The notes under the pieces: model-generated
Databases searched by the model: none
What the model was told of the DNA's origin: nothing
What the model saw: only the letters and a program-made list of their open reading frames with translations
Shown here: piece by piece, positions 12,860-27,800 of the stretch
How positions within the stretch are numbered: the stretch's first letter is position 1
How the letters are laid out: each line of letters begins with the position of its first letter
Assembly: GCA_963514005.1 (NCBI GenBank)
Contig: OY740793.1
Location: 15,748,001-15,812,000, forward strand
Source: Raja brachyura
Lineage: Eukaryota
Reading direction: 5' to 3'
Length of the DNA: 64,000 bases
Made by a program: the position numbers and the translations under genes

Positions 12860-15800
12860 CTGCTTGAAGGAAAATAGAAAAATCAACAAAGCAATAGGCA
12901 TCAGCTCAAGCTATTTAGGCTAAAATTCCAATTAGAAATAGGACATAAGTCACATAATAGTGGACAATTTTTCATAGCTTAAAAACACCAGGTGGCACAG
13001 TTGCGCAAACCAGAGGCGCAAAAATCGAGTTGCTGCCTTACAGTGCCAGAGACCCGGGTTCGATCCCAAGATTACGGGCGCTGTCTGTACGGAGTTTGCA
13101 TCTTCTCCTTGGCCACGTGGGTTTTCTCCTGGTGCTGCAGTTTCCTCCCACACTTTAAAGATGTACAGGTCTGGAGGTTAATTGGTTTTGGTGAAAATTT
13201 GTAAATTGTCCCTAGTGTGCAGGATAGTGTTAGTGTACGGAGTTATCGCTGATCAGCGCGGATTTGGTGGTCCGAAGGGCCTGTTACCGCACTGTATTTC
13301 TAAATTCTAAACACCACTAGCACGGATGGCTATTTTGCATTCGAACTGATGCACAAATGGGCAGAGTTTCGGTAATCATTCCAAAGACATGGAGTTTGTT
13401 ATCCATAACCTGTGCACAACTTGGTTGGCTACGTAAATAGTCCAGCTACTCTTCCTGTACTTCTGTTCTAATGATGGTCTGGGTTCATAGAAACATAGAA
13501 AATAGGTGCAGGAGTAGGCCATTCGGCCCTTCGAGCCTGCACCGCCATTCAATGTGATCATGGCTGATCATCCAACTCAGTATCCCGTACCTGCCTTCTC
13601 TCCATACCCCCTGATCCCTTTAGCCACAAGTGCCACATCTAACGCCCTCTTAAATATAGCCAATGAACTGGCCTCAACTACCTTCTGTGGCAGAGAATTC
13701 CAGAGACTCACCACTCTCTGTGTAAAGAAATAAATTCATATGTTCTAAGAATAGAATTAGGTCATTCGGCCCTTCAAGTCTACTCCGCCATTCAATCATG
13801 GCTGATATATCTTTCCCTCTCAACCCCATTCTCCTGCCTTCGGCACCCTAACTAAGAAAGTTGCACACTGGCTCAAATTTAGATACTCACCAGATAAGCA
13901 AGTAGTTATCAGATTCTCTTCTATACAAGGTATAGAAAACTAAAAATAGGTTGGCACAAGGAACTGCAGAACATTTATTTGCATTACAAATGAAAACATC
14001 AAAAAATATATTTTGGGTACACAAAAGGCTGGAGAAACTCAGCGGGTGCAGCAGCATCTAAGGAGCGAAGGAGATAGGCAACGTTTCGGGCCAAAACCCT
14101 TCTTCAGACTGATGGGAGGTGGGGGGGACGGGGAGAAGAAAGGAAAAAGGAGGAGGAGGAGCCCGAGGGCTGGGGGAGAAGTGGGAAGGGGAGGAGACAG
14201 CAAGGGTTAACAGAATTGAGAAAATATATTTTCTTGTTTTGAAGACAGTGTAGATTGCAAACTGAAATCAAGAAACTTTTTTTTTATGGTACCCATGCAT
14301 GGCAACTTTAAAACCATTTACCTGATTCAGATCCTCCACAGTTTCTTCCAGTTCTGTTTTCTGTTTCATGGCAGCTTGCAAAGATTCTAGAACTGATTGC
14401 TTTGGTTGCATTCCTCTATCAAAACGATTATACATTCCACACCAGAACCTAGAGAGAAGTAGCAGTGATATTTTAAAATAACTGTTACGATAATTCATAA
14501 TGCCCAAGGAGTTTGGCCAAGAATGGAATAAACAGGAACTTACAATGTTATTCTTTTTTCCTTTCAAATGCGTGCCAGCGAGAACATGAATTGCTTGACC
14601 CAAGGGCAGCAGAGTGGCTGGTAGCTGGTGGAGTTGCTGCCTCACAGCGCCAGAGACTCTAGTTTAATCCTGACCTCAGGTGCTGTCTGTGTCGTTTGCA
14701 CATTTCCCTGTGTCCACGTGGGATTCCTCTGGACGCTCTGGTTTCCTCCGGCATCCCAAAGATGTGTAGGTTTGTAGGTTAATTGACCTATAAATTGTCT
14801 CTAATGTGTATTGAGTGGATGTGAAAGTGGAATAACCCAGAGCTAATATGAACAAGTGACAATCAAAGGCCCATACATATCCATCTACACTATCATTTCA
14901 GGGACAAAGAAACCTCTAGTTCACTCTTTTGATTGCACTATATCCATTCCACTCATCACTGCCCTTTCGCCTGCAACCACAGGCATTGCAACATCTGTTC
15001 TCTTTCCAACCACCTAGAAAATTAAACAGTTTCCAGCTGAGAGAGTTTTGTATTTTTTCTACTTAATACATGACATGCATTGCCTACAGTCAGAACAGTG
15101 AGAAGACCAAGTGCAGGTTGAGTGACATATTTGACAGTCTCCTTTGTACAGACAGCAAGCACGAATCCAAGCTTCTAGATATTGGTCACTAATTCTCTAC
15201 CCTACCCTTCCAGACTTCTATTTTCTTGCTTTCTAACTCAGTTTTAACTAAGGTCAACACTAGCTCAAGTACCAGCAAACGAAAACCAAAAATTACAGAT
15301 GGCACAAAACCAGGAAAGCTGAATTGTGCAGAAGACCTGCCAGGAAATGATATGAAGTGTTAATTTTGATTCTCTTTCCACAGATGTTGCCTGATCTGTT
15401 CAATATTTTGTAGTTACAAGTCCTTCTGACTAACCTTCTGTTCACTTGCTTGGCACTTTCCAATCCTCTTTCACCATTATCCCTTTGTCATTAAATGTAT
15501 CCTGCCTGCCATCTTCATTCTCTCCTATTGAATGTTAACTGTTTCCCTTTCTACAATGATGCATGACATACTGCTTCTGATACGTCTTTACAAGTCAGCT
15601 GACAAACTGTCGTCTTCTCATAAAACTACTTTCCAAATTTTTTTAAAGAGATAGCATCAAACCAAAATAAAAAGTTTAAGTTTCAGATTCACACTTACTT
15701 GAAGTTAAAAGGGGCAGTATTAGGTTTCAATACAGTATTAATTGCACTGGGCTTATACAGGGGATTCCGGTACTGGTACTGCTTCTCCAGCAGGAATGGC

Positions 15801-18800
15801 CACAAGGAATGAGTCCTTTCTTGTATTCTGTCATCACAAGAAAATATCTAAAATTATACAAGAAATCATAATATCTAAGTAGATGATTGTAATTTTTTAT
15901 TCATTGACGAGAAGTTAACAAGCACCATTAAATAAAATTGTCCTCTCCGCAGGATATCACGTTTGAATGAAGAACAAGTGTCTGTGCACTTTCTTTAACT
16001 CCATCCATCTCATTCAAATGCCCATTTAGTAACTGTGATCGACAATTATTGAGAGCATCAAAGAAATAACAAAATCAGATGTCATCTGGCAGTCAGTTGA
16101 GAATTATAAAGCCTTGTGGCACTCCTGTTGCTACGGTCCATGTCAGCTAATACTCCATTAACTAGGAGTTCTAATCTTGATGGCTCAACAGTACTGTTCC
16201 TTAAACAGAAAAAATGTGCTTTGTTTCTCACCCTATGTTTCCAATGTAAAACAATTAATATTAGTCAGGTCATTTCTTTTATTTGATGCAAAAGCACAGA
16301 ACAGTACATTGCAGGAAAAAGCTTGTCAGCTCATGTTTGTGCTGAACATGATCACACGACAAACTTTTATCTGCATGCATGTGATCCATATCCCTCCAAT
16401 AAACATTCCCTGGATATCCATGAGCCTATCCAAAAGCCTCTAAAACGCCACGATTGTATCTACCATCACTACCACCCCCGGCAGCGCGTTCTAAGGCACT
16501 CACCTCCCTCCCGGTAATATAAAAATTGCCCCGCCCATCTCCCTTAAACCTTGCACCTCTCACCGTAAAGCTATGCCCTCGAGTATTTGATATTTTCACG
16601 TCGGGAAAAAGTTCTGACCGTCTACCTGACTATGCCTCTCATAATTTTATATACTTTATCAGGCAATCCACTCTTCAAAGGGGGGGGAACTGTTTATTAT
16701 AACGCCTTAAAATTACAATGTTGGGATCCAAAGACAATTCAATCCAACATAATGTGGCCGGCATAGTGGCCAGAGGCCTGGGTTCGATCCAGACTATGGG
16801 TGCTTGTCCGTGTGGACTGTGTATGTTCTCCCCGTGACCTGCATGGGTTTTCCTCCGGTTTCCTGCTACACTCCAAAGACGTGCAGGTTTGTGTGTTAAT
16901 TGGCTTGGCATAATTGCAAATTGTCCCTAGTGTGTGTAGGATAGTGTAAGTGTACGGAGAACGCTGGACGACGCAAACTCGGTGCGCCTAAGGGCCCGTT
17001 TCCATGCTGTATCTCTAAACTAAACAATAACCAATAAGCATAAAACTAAATAGGGCTAAATATGATCGCTAGAGAGAGTACAGAGGAGATTTACTAGAAT
17101 ATTGCCTGGGTTCCAGCAACTAAGTTACAGAGAAAGGTTGAACAAGTTAGGTCTTTATTCTATGGAGCGCAGAAGGTTAAGGGGGGGACTTGATTGAGGT
17201 CTTTAAAATGATGAAAGGGATAGACCTAACTTGACGTGGATAAGCTTTTCCCATTGAGGGTTGGGAAGATTCAAACAAGAGGGCATGACATGAGAATTAA
17301 GGGACAGACGTTTAGGGGTAACATGAGGGGGAACGTCTTTACTCAGAGAGTGGTGGCTGTGTAGAATGATCTTCCCGCAGAAGTGGTGGAGGTAGGATCG
17401 ATTTTAACATTTAAAAATAAAGTGGATAGGTATATGGACGGGAAGGGAATGGAGGGGTATGGTCTGAGTGCAGATAGATGGGACTAGGGGAAAATAAATG
17501 GTCGGCACGGATTGGAAGGGCCGAGAAGACCTGTTTCCGTGCAGTAATTGTTATATGGTTAAAACCACAATGGTACTGGTCTAGTCGCTTCATAATGTAA
17601 ATGTTTACATTAAGCTCACTTTAACTCTTGACGTTCTTTCTGAGAGTTTCCAATGAAGTTACCAAACTGACAGGAGTAGATGTGGTCATGGATCTCCAGC
17701 AGATACGTCTCGTTAAACTCAAAAGAGCACGGAAACTGTTCCATCAGATGCCAGATACATTCGATAAATTGAGTAAACACAGGTGAAACCTCCTTAGGGT
17801 CACTATCTCGGTGGCCACATCTGTGAATGATAAAGGGGAAAATTAGTTTTTAAAAAAAACTACAACCTTAAAATGAAATATATAAAAAAATCATCTGCTC
17901 TAAATGCTTTATTTGACCTGAAGCTCCCTGCGACTGCGTGGGTTTCCTCCCATTTGTTTTTGGGAGCAATGTGCCAGGAGTGATTGAGGCAGGTACAATA
18001 AAGGGCCTGTCCCACCAGCATGCAACTCTATGCGATTAGCGCGACCTAACGTGGTCGCTTGAGCCGTCCGGCGCCGCAGGGCCGGTCCCACTTCGATCGC
18101 CGGAGTCGTGCGGAATTGTGCGGAGTTCGTCCTGACACCGCGCAGGGCTCCGAAAAACTGACTATGTCCAAAAATTCCGCGCGGCAACGGCTTGTCGGCT
18201 CGCAGTCGCTTCGACATTTACACACTGCCCCGACATCGTGCCTCCGTGAACCTATTTGTAAGTGCCTCCGTGACCCTCTATGTGTGTGGCTCCGTGGCCA
18301 TGTGCCTCGGTGCTCCTCTCTGTGTGCCCCTCTCTGTCCTGGCGAACTTACCTTAGACTTCGCTCCAAGTTCGCCTCACTTTGCGCCGCGTTGCGCCACT
18401 CACCCGACCTCCGCGCGGCCCCTACTGCCGGTTCGGTTTGGTTGCGCTTGCCGCATGCAGGCGCATGCTGGTGGGAACGGCCCTGTACAGGGGGTCACCC
18501 GACCTCCGCGCGGCCCCCGCTTTTAGTTTGATCGCATAGAGTCACATGCTGGTGGGACAGGCCCTTAAGACGTTTAAAATACATTTGAACAGGTACATGG
18601 ATAGGAAAGATTTAGGGAACAAGTCAAATTCATACACATGGAACTAGCTTTGATGGGCATTGTGGTCGACATGGGCAAGTTCAGCAAAAATACTTTTTTT
18701 CCTCCATGCTGTATGACACGATGATGCTTCTGTGTGACTTACTGAGAGTTTGGAGCATTTTCTGCTCTTATTTCCAAGTGCAAAATTCACACACAGAGCT

Positions 18801-21800
18801 ATCAATGCAGTTACAGCAAGAATTAAGAAAGCAATCGTAGAAAGTAATTAAGAAAGTAAAATGCCTGTGGGGAAATTGAATACGAAAGGGGGAGGTTATG
18901 ATTCAGTTGCATCGAGTATTGGTGAAACCTATCTAGAATTCTGGTCTCATTATTAAAGCAAGGGTGTGAATGAGTTGTCAGCAGTTCATTGAAAGCTTAC
19001 AGATCAATACCTGGAGTGTGCAGTTTGCCTTAAGGGAAATTTGATCAGGCTGAGATCATGTTCACTGGAGTTTAGATGTGAATGAAACATACATGTTCTT
19101 GAATGATCTTGACAGGGTGGATGGGGGAAGCATTTAGAACAAGTAGTCCCCTTTGAAAAATAATAGTCAATTTTTTTCTGTGAGTATTGAGTCTGTGGGG
19201 CTCATTTTCTCAAAGGGTTGTATTACCAGAGTTTTTTGTTTTTTTAAGCAAAGATAGATATTTATTAAGCAATTGGTGATGAGATTGTAGAGGAGGTCAA
19301 ACAGCCACTCTCGTATTAAACGGCAGTACAGGCTTGAGGGACCAAGTGACCTACTGCTGCAAAGTCAGATTTTCACATGAGGCTCAGCGGGTCAGGCAGC
19401 ATCTTTGGGGGAAAAAGGATGGGTGACGTTTCGGGTCGGAACTTTTCTTCAGAGTCTGCGAAGGATCTCAACCAGAAACTCCACCCATCCTTTTTCTCCA
19501 GTGATACATAGAAACATAGAAAAATAGGTGCAGGAGTAGGCCATTCGGCCCTTCGAGCCTGCACCGCCATTCAATGTGATCATGGCTGATCATCCAACTC
19601 AGTATCCCGTCAGATACAGGCAGTATCAGATACTGCCTGACCCGCTGAGTTACTCCAGCACTTTGTGTCTTTCTTTGTTATAAAGCAGCATCTGCAGTTC
19701 TATGTTTCTACGTTTCCTCATATATTCACTTGTTGTATACAATAGGACAAGTGCCATAAAAAGGATCTGAAAATAAGGATGATGTTTATTTTGATACATC
19801 GCCCAATTGTCCACAAGGGAGCATGATTACCTTTGAGAAAACTTGTGTCCCATAGAGATCCATTCTTTTTCTATAAGAACCTGGAAAAGAAAGGCAAGTG
19901 AGAGACAAATCATTAGAAATAAATAATTCTTTATTTCTTTGTGTAAAGAATCCAGATCATCAGTAATGGAGAAAAGAGCAATTCTCATTAAATTTAAATA
20001 AAACATTCCATATTCACATAATTTAATACTCTTTTAATTTACTCCATGATTTACTTTTAATCTCAACATAAAAGATATTCTCTTTACATAGGCCTCCTCC
20101 ATACCCCACAACACTGCCCTCTCTCCCCATTCCCCCACTCACAACAAGGGCCGAGTCCCCCTGGTCCTCACCTTTCACCCCACCAGTCAGCGCATACAAC
20201 AGATAGTCCTCCAACGTGACCCCTCCACTCGCCACATCTTCCCATCTCCCCCCCTGTCTGCCTTCCGCAAAGACCGCTCCCTCCGCAACTCCCTTGTCAG
20301 TTCTTCCCTTCCCTCCTGCTCCACTCCTTCCCCGGGCACTTTCCCTTGCAACCGCAAGAGATGCTACACTTGTCCCTTCACCTCCCCCATCCACTCCTTT
20401 CAGGGGCCCAAGCAGTCATTCCAAGTCCGATAGAGGTTCACCTGCACCTCCTCCAACCTCATCTACTGCATCCCTTGCTCCAGATGCCAGCTGATCTACA
20501 TCGGTGAGACCAAGCGGAGGCTGGGCGATCGTTTCGCCGAACACCTCTGCTCGGTCCGCAATAACCAACCCGACCTCCCGGTGGCTCAGCACTTCAACTC
20601 CCCCTCCCATTCCATATCCGACCTCTCGGTCCTGGGCCTCCTCCACGGCCAGAGTGAGCAACACCGCAAGTTGGAGGAACAGCACCTCATATTCCACTTG
20701 GGGAGTCTGCAACCTCTGGGCTTAAACATTGAATTTTCTCAATTCTGTTAACCCAGACTGCCCCCTCCCCCTCCCCACCTCTCCCTCAGCCCTCGGGCCC
20801 TGACATTCCTTCTCCATCCACCCCCCCCCCCCCCACCCCAGTCGCACTAGCTTCTCATTTTCACACCACAAACAGCTTACAATGGCCTGTTTCCTTTATC
20901 ATCAATACTTTTTTGCATATCTTTCATTCATTGTTCTTTATCTCTCCACATCACTGTCTATATCTCTTGTTTCCCCGATCCCTGACCAGTCTGAAGAAGG
21001 GTCTCGACCCGAAACATCGCCTATCTCCTTCGCTCCTTAGATGCTGCTGCACCCGCTGAGTTTCTCCAGGTTTTTGTGTAACCCTAGAAAATTCCTAATG
21101 TTGTTTTCAAATAAATCTGTGTACAGTATTTCATCTAAAGTGTGTTCGGAAGTGGTTTCAAGAACCTTTAAGAGAGACCACTGAAAATACTTATTTGAGA
21201 AGTTTCCTAAACTGCTTCAAATGTTAGTTGAATTTCTACAGAAGAAAAAAAGTGAGGCCACTACCATTCATCATTACTAAGGAGTCAGAGCAGCAAATTC
21301 CAGCAACATTATATGCACCATTGAATGTGGAAATTAAAACGTTGCTGTCCAACTTGCCCTTCTAATCCAGATGGTTCCCTTCTCTAGTATAAAATGGGGA
21401 GGCAACCACCGAAATGCACAGAACATGTTATGTACATGTTTTGCATTGCACATATATGCTAATAGAGTTAAAAACAAGTAATGTCTTGTTTACTCCCATG
21501 TCAATTATTCTTAATGACATAATAAGAATTGATGGAAAAAAAGAGGCATATATAGTCCAGATTTCTTTCCCATGTTTTCATGAACAGACCTCTGCTATCT
21601 CTCCACACATCTGCTATCCCAAAAGCAATTATCCCACACACAATGCAATAATAGTTCAATAGGATTACTGATTAAAAGCCATTTGGACAGATGGATATGA
21701 AGGGTTGAGAGGAATATAGACCAAACGCAAGCAAATGCTTGCAAGGCTCGCTCAATATGCCAATTTTGTTAGCATGGAGAAAGTGGGCTGAAGGGCCTGT

Positions 21801-24800
21801 TCCTGTATACAACTCTATATGACTACACACAGACTAATCATTTAACTACTTGACCTGTTAAATAATTTTTAATTAATAACACAATATATTTTTATCAACA
21901 GAATTTAAACATAAGTCCACCTGGTTAAGTCATTGGACAAAGGTATCACAACCCTCAAAATAGACAATAGGTGCAGGAGTAGGCCATTCGGCTCTTCGAA
22001 CCAGCAATGCCATTCAATGTGATCATGGCTGATCATCCCCAATAAGTACCCTGTTCCTGCCAATAGACAACAATAGTAATATGTTGGGTAAATTCTCACC
22101 ATAAATCCCTTTATAGTCCGATAGTAAGAGTCCAAGAGAAGGCCAGCCAACGAGCAAACTTGAACCGTTCGATCCCACCCATCAGAACAATGGACCAACA
22201 CACTGGCATTTTCTTCAGCCACTGCCTAGAATCAGGAAAAGAGTTATGAACATGAAGTTCTTTATTAATACCTTATGATACATTTTATGAACATTTGAAT
22301 CACACAACAGATTTTTCCCAATTACTTTGCTTTATTTAAGGACAATTTGAAAATACTGTAAATAGAAATGTATTAATTTGTTATGTTATACTGATAGTTT
22401 AGTTTATTGTTTGTGTTAAAGTTTTATTGTGTATTGTGTGTTCTTTATCATTGTACCGCTGCTGGCAAATTCATTTCACTTGCACTTTATGTGCAATGTG
22501 ACGAATAAAACCGTATTGTATTGTATTGTTGTGTGCACAGGCACAGCAAAAATATTTTATTAATAGCAGCAGCCACGGTTGCCCAGCCAGATGCAACTAA
22601 ATTTAAAGTGGCACTTTCTTCCACAAAACCCTCTCTGGCTAAACCCCTCCCTTCACCACCTCCAGTTTAAATTCCAGTTGGAATATTTTGGAGGACCGAG
22701 TAACCAAGAACCAAGGAGGAGATTTTTACAGGAACTATTACTTTAAGAATACATTATTTCACAATTACGATTCAAGAAATGTTTCTCCATGTGTTAAGGC
22801 AATTAAGAATGTATAAATTTGGGTAAAATGCTAGTGATTTGAAAGAGTTTTGGATACCAAATTTTATTTGCATGAAGAGGCTAGCACAATCTCCAAAACT
22901 AGCTATAAAGTAGTACATTTTTACCTTTGAATATATAGAAAGTTTGATACGACTGTTTCTCAGAAGAATTACATAGCTCTATTAGTGGCTCTGCCACTGA
23001 ATCGTTGTATAAAAGGATTCAACATCTCCATGAATATTAACAAATTTAAATAAAAACTCAAGCCATTACCTTTGATATAAAGAAACCAGCATCCATGACA
23101 GCTTTAATATGCCGCAGCCAGCCAGAGTTTTCCAGGCCCGTGAGAAAGTCACTCATTGAAGGCGTTTTCAGCTCACATACTAAAAGTAAAATCATTCCCT
23201 TCATTTATATTTCAACATTACTTTATTTGCCTCATGCCCATTGACACAAATAAAGACTGAAAGTTTGAGCCTCGTACATATGAAGGTGCATCATTAGTTC
23301 GTCATATTTTTCTATTTTATTGATTTCTAACTACTTATTTCAGCTACATGATATTCTTTGCAATTACATATCTTATTTTCCAATGGAAACTAATCCAATC
23401 CTTCAAAATTAATGCAGCGTATTCCAGAGCAATATTTGCAGATAAAAATGGATCCAATGATAATATTCTTAAATAAACATAATTGTTGCGAGCAATTTGC
23501 ATACAATGGTAGTTTAGTTACAGCACGGAGTTACAGCGTGGAAACAAGTCCTTCAACACGCCCGAGTCCGTACCAACCATCGATCACCTGTTTACACTGG
23601 TTCTATGTTATTCCATCTTTCTGCACACCAGGGGCAATTTTACAGAGGCCAATTAACCTACAAACCCGCACATCTTTGGGATGTGTGAGGAAACCGGAGC
23701 AGCCGAAAGAAACCACATAGTCACAGGGAGAACATGCTAATTCCACACGGACACCGGAGTTCAGGATTGAACACGGGTGTATGGTGTTGTGGGGCAGCAG
23801 GTCTACTCCTGCGCCACTGTGCTGCCCTCATATCATTGATGTGTTAGCAGCGTAAGCCCCAGGAACCAAAAATAATTCTGTATTCAAGTTATTTTCTAAA
23901 CAATTTTAAGCCAACAAATACAAAAGTTTAGTTTTGAGATACAGCATGGAAACTGGCCCTTCGGCCCACCATGTCCACACTAACCATCAATTCCCCATTC
24001 ACACTAGTTCCGTTAACCCACTTTTGCATTCGTTCCTCACACATTTATTGAAGGCAATTAACTTACAGACCCCAGGTATTTGGGATGTGGAAGGAAACTG
24101 GAGCTTTTTTTAAAGAATGGCAGAAGTAAAAAGGTAAATTACCTTCTAAAAGCTTTTGCAAGCTATTCCTCATCACATGTATGTTCTCAATACCAACAAA
24201 CTGGAACCTAATGTTGGAGTAATTATCTTCATTTTCATACCCTTTCCCAGCAGCTCGATTTGCCATGGCATTCAGCTAACAAAAATATAAATCAGGAACA
24301 AGCAGCTTAATCATTCCCATGCATGGAATTTTATTTTATATTGACAATGAGGCACAAATTGAATAATCCTCCTGCAAAAGTTATCAACATAACAACTAGA
24401 AATGCAGAAAATATTGAAGCCAGGTAGCATCTGTTGATAGAGTTAAACCTTCAAGCTGATCAGTTTAGTTTTGTTTAGAGATAAAGCGTGGAAATAGACC
24501 GTTTTGCCCACCGAATCCACGTCGACCAACAGTCTGAAGAAGGGTCTTGACCCAAAACGTCGCCCATTCACTCTCTTCAGAGATGCTGCCTGACCCGCTA
24601 AGTTACTCCAGCATTTTGTGTCTACCTTCAACCAACAAACACCCGTACACTGGTTCTATCCCACACACTAGGGACAATTTACAGAAGCCAATTAACCTAC
24701 AAACCTGCACGTCTTTGTAATGTGGGAGGAAACCAGAGCACCCAGAAAAACCCACACGATCGCAGGAAGCACGTACAAACTCTGTACAGACATGACACAG

Positions 24801-27800
24801 AGTCAGGATTGAACTCGGGTCTCTGGCGCTGTAAGGCAGCAACTCCACTGTAAAAATTAGATTAAATTAGGTGGAAAAATTAGATTCTAAATATGTCGCC
24901 ACCGTTTGTGGCAGCTACAGACGAGGCGCTGAGTCCAGTGGTGATATGGATATTCTCTCGACTCATCCTGACTATAACTTGGAATCATCAAAAAAACTTT
25001 TCCACAAATTGTGCCAGCCCAATTGAATATTTCCAGCACTTTTTTTTCTCTAAATTGCAGCAACTGCAGCATTATTATTAATTTAGCCTGGTGAAGATCA
25101 AGGTAAATTTTAAATTAGGTTTCAAACTTTAGCAAGTCATTCTTCATGTTGCCTTAATGTTGTGCAGAAAATCCTGGACATACTCAGCAAAGCAGGCAGC
25201 TTCTATTGATAGAATTAAATGTTGCAGGCTGATGACTAACGAGGAGTCCTTATGGAGCATGAAGACTTTCCTGACAAATGTTGCCCTGCTTGCCAAGTGT
25301 TTTCAGTAATTTTGCTTTTATGTCATATTCCCAGCATTGAGAGTCCTTTGCTTCTGTGTCTCTTAAAATGACTTTTCCTGCTCGCTCATCATTTATATGA
25401 TGTGATCACATATCTACAGATTTGAACACTCATAGTTAACTCCTCAGGAATAAATTTGAATTGCAGTTAAGTGATATTTGCTCGTGACATCATTAACAGG
25501 TTTCTCGGTGATGACAATGAAATGGTTTGACAATGGTATTTGATCCTGTCCTCGCACTCATGCATGATATTTATAGGTAAATGTTGGTATTAATTGCAAA
25601 ACAATTGTAAAATCTGAAAATCGCAACGTATCAACCTATTGACTCGTACGCAGTCTTGAATGAACAACTGGCAAAGTAAAATACCTTTGGTCTGGTATCC
25701 ACCACATATACGACAGAACTGTCTGGATTGGAACTATTGATGGCTTGTAGCATTTGCTCATCTTCCACACACCTGGTGCTGAATCCTGATAACGGCTGAC
25801 TACACCTACAGATGGCAGCCTGTTGAAACATAATTATCAAGGAATAAGATGGAGGAAAATAATTTTAATTTAGCAAAGTTCACTTATCTACAAAGGTACC
25901 CACATTGTTAGCCTTGAAAAAGTAAGAAAGAACAGGAAATCGTCCTTTACTTCTGAACTTTGAGCTGCCCACTATTGTTGGCTTGGTGGCTTCTCTTGGT
26001 ACGTACAGACTTGATGAATAAGTGTTACAGGTCTAGAAAAAAAATCAAAACAAAATGACACAGTCGAATGTAACAAATACAAATGTTCATAAAACTGATC
26101 AACACTACAATAAAAGGATTGTTGTTATCAAATTATAAAGCTACAGAAAAGTTGAAAATACTTCATGTAAACAATTCATATTTAAAAATGTAGTTAAAAA
26201 GAACTTACTACGATAACCTTGGGGTAAATAAAAGGACACAAAGTGCTGGAGTAACTCAGCACATCAGGCAGCATCTCTGGAGCATATGGATAGGTGACAT
26301 TTTGGATCGAGATCCTTCTTCAGACCTTCCACATATCAATCCAATCTGCCTGAAGGGTCTCAACCCAAACGTCACCTATCCATGTTCTCCAGAGATGTTG
26401 CCTGACCTGCTGAGTTACTCCAGCATTCTGTATCCCTTTCTGCGTTAATCAGCATCTGCAGTTCCTTGTTTCTAGCCTTGGGGTAAACTTGAATTGGGGG
26501 AATCATAGAGCCCTGGAGGACAGAAACAGGCCCTTTCTCCCAACTTGCCCATGTTGACCAACATCTACCTATACCTTTATCTATTCCCCTCTTGATCTTA
26601 TACACCTCTGTAAGACCATCACTCATCTTTCTGTGCTACAAGGAATAACTTCCGAGACTGCCCAACCTTCCTTGGCTGGTTTCCGTGCTCTATGACTACG
26701 ACTTTAACCATAAAAGTTTCTCTTATTAAATAGAATACGTACAATGGACTAGACTAGGATTCATAGGACCAGATTCGGCTCGAAGGGCCGAATGGCCTCC
26801 TCCTGCACCTATTTTCTATGTTTCATGTAAAAATGGCTACTCGATGGATTGCACAGACACATAGGGCCAAAGGGCCTGTTTTTAAGATGTATATCTCCAT
26901 CATTAGACGGGAGCCTGAGAATGCCTCCAGGAATTCTCATTCTCGCTGGGTTCAAGGCTTTGAATATTTATTCTTCTGATATCTAAGCTTTACACAGTTG
27001 CGAGAGGATTTATGTCAAGTACAACATACATTTTTCTGCTTACCTTTGGATTAGGCTGCATTGCCAGATATTGCACTTAGATCTCTTCAGAAGAATTGAA
27101 GACATACTTAAGCACCAATCATTTGTACGAGGCATGGAAGAAATGTTTTACAAAGTCTTAAAATATAATAAATTGCAGATTTGTTTATATCTTTCGTCTA
27201 GATGTTCCAGAGTAAAATAAATTAAACTCCAGACTTCAGAAGCAGACTAAATTCTTCAATTAAAATTTGAAGAATGGCATTCAAAACTACATCTGACAAT
27301 CCAATGAACTGTAAAGTCTTAAACTTGTTAAAGTTTTATATTCACATCAGGAATGTCAGCTACTGGAAAGCTGAACGGTATTTTTCACCAAATAATTAAG
27401 AAATGGTTTGATTAGTTCAACAAATTGCATCAGCAAAACGTAACAAAGCTTTACAAAATATGTTATGTAAATAAAAACATAACATATTTTAGAATAGCTC
27501 CCTCTTAAGGGACATGTAAAATGATTCCACCATTCAGCCTAGTAAATCCATGCCAAGGATCTAACCAATTAATTCCACTCCTGCATATTTTTCTAAGTCA
27601 GCAGTTGATCTTATTTCCTTTTTAAAGTTGTTTCTGAATAAGGTTCCATTACCTTATCAGACTACTTAAATTAACTACTGTATCCTTAACGATTTGGAAA
27701 CTTGTTCAATGCCAAGAATGGCAGGAATTAAGTAACAAGGTAAACATAAACAAGTTAGTTAAATTGAAGTTTTATTGAAATTAACTTATCACTGGCAGTG

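Noticed and set aside
12988-13075. tRNA genes
   Set aside because: The box A/B-like heads belong to V-SINEs and continue into the SINE core; no complete cloverleaf.
17909-18531. ORFs within the MITE
   Set aside because: No transposase motifs; chance ORFs in GC-rich sequence.
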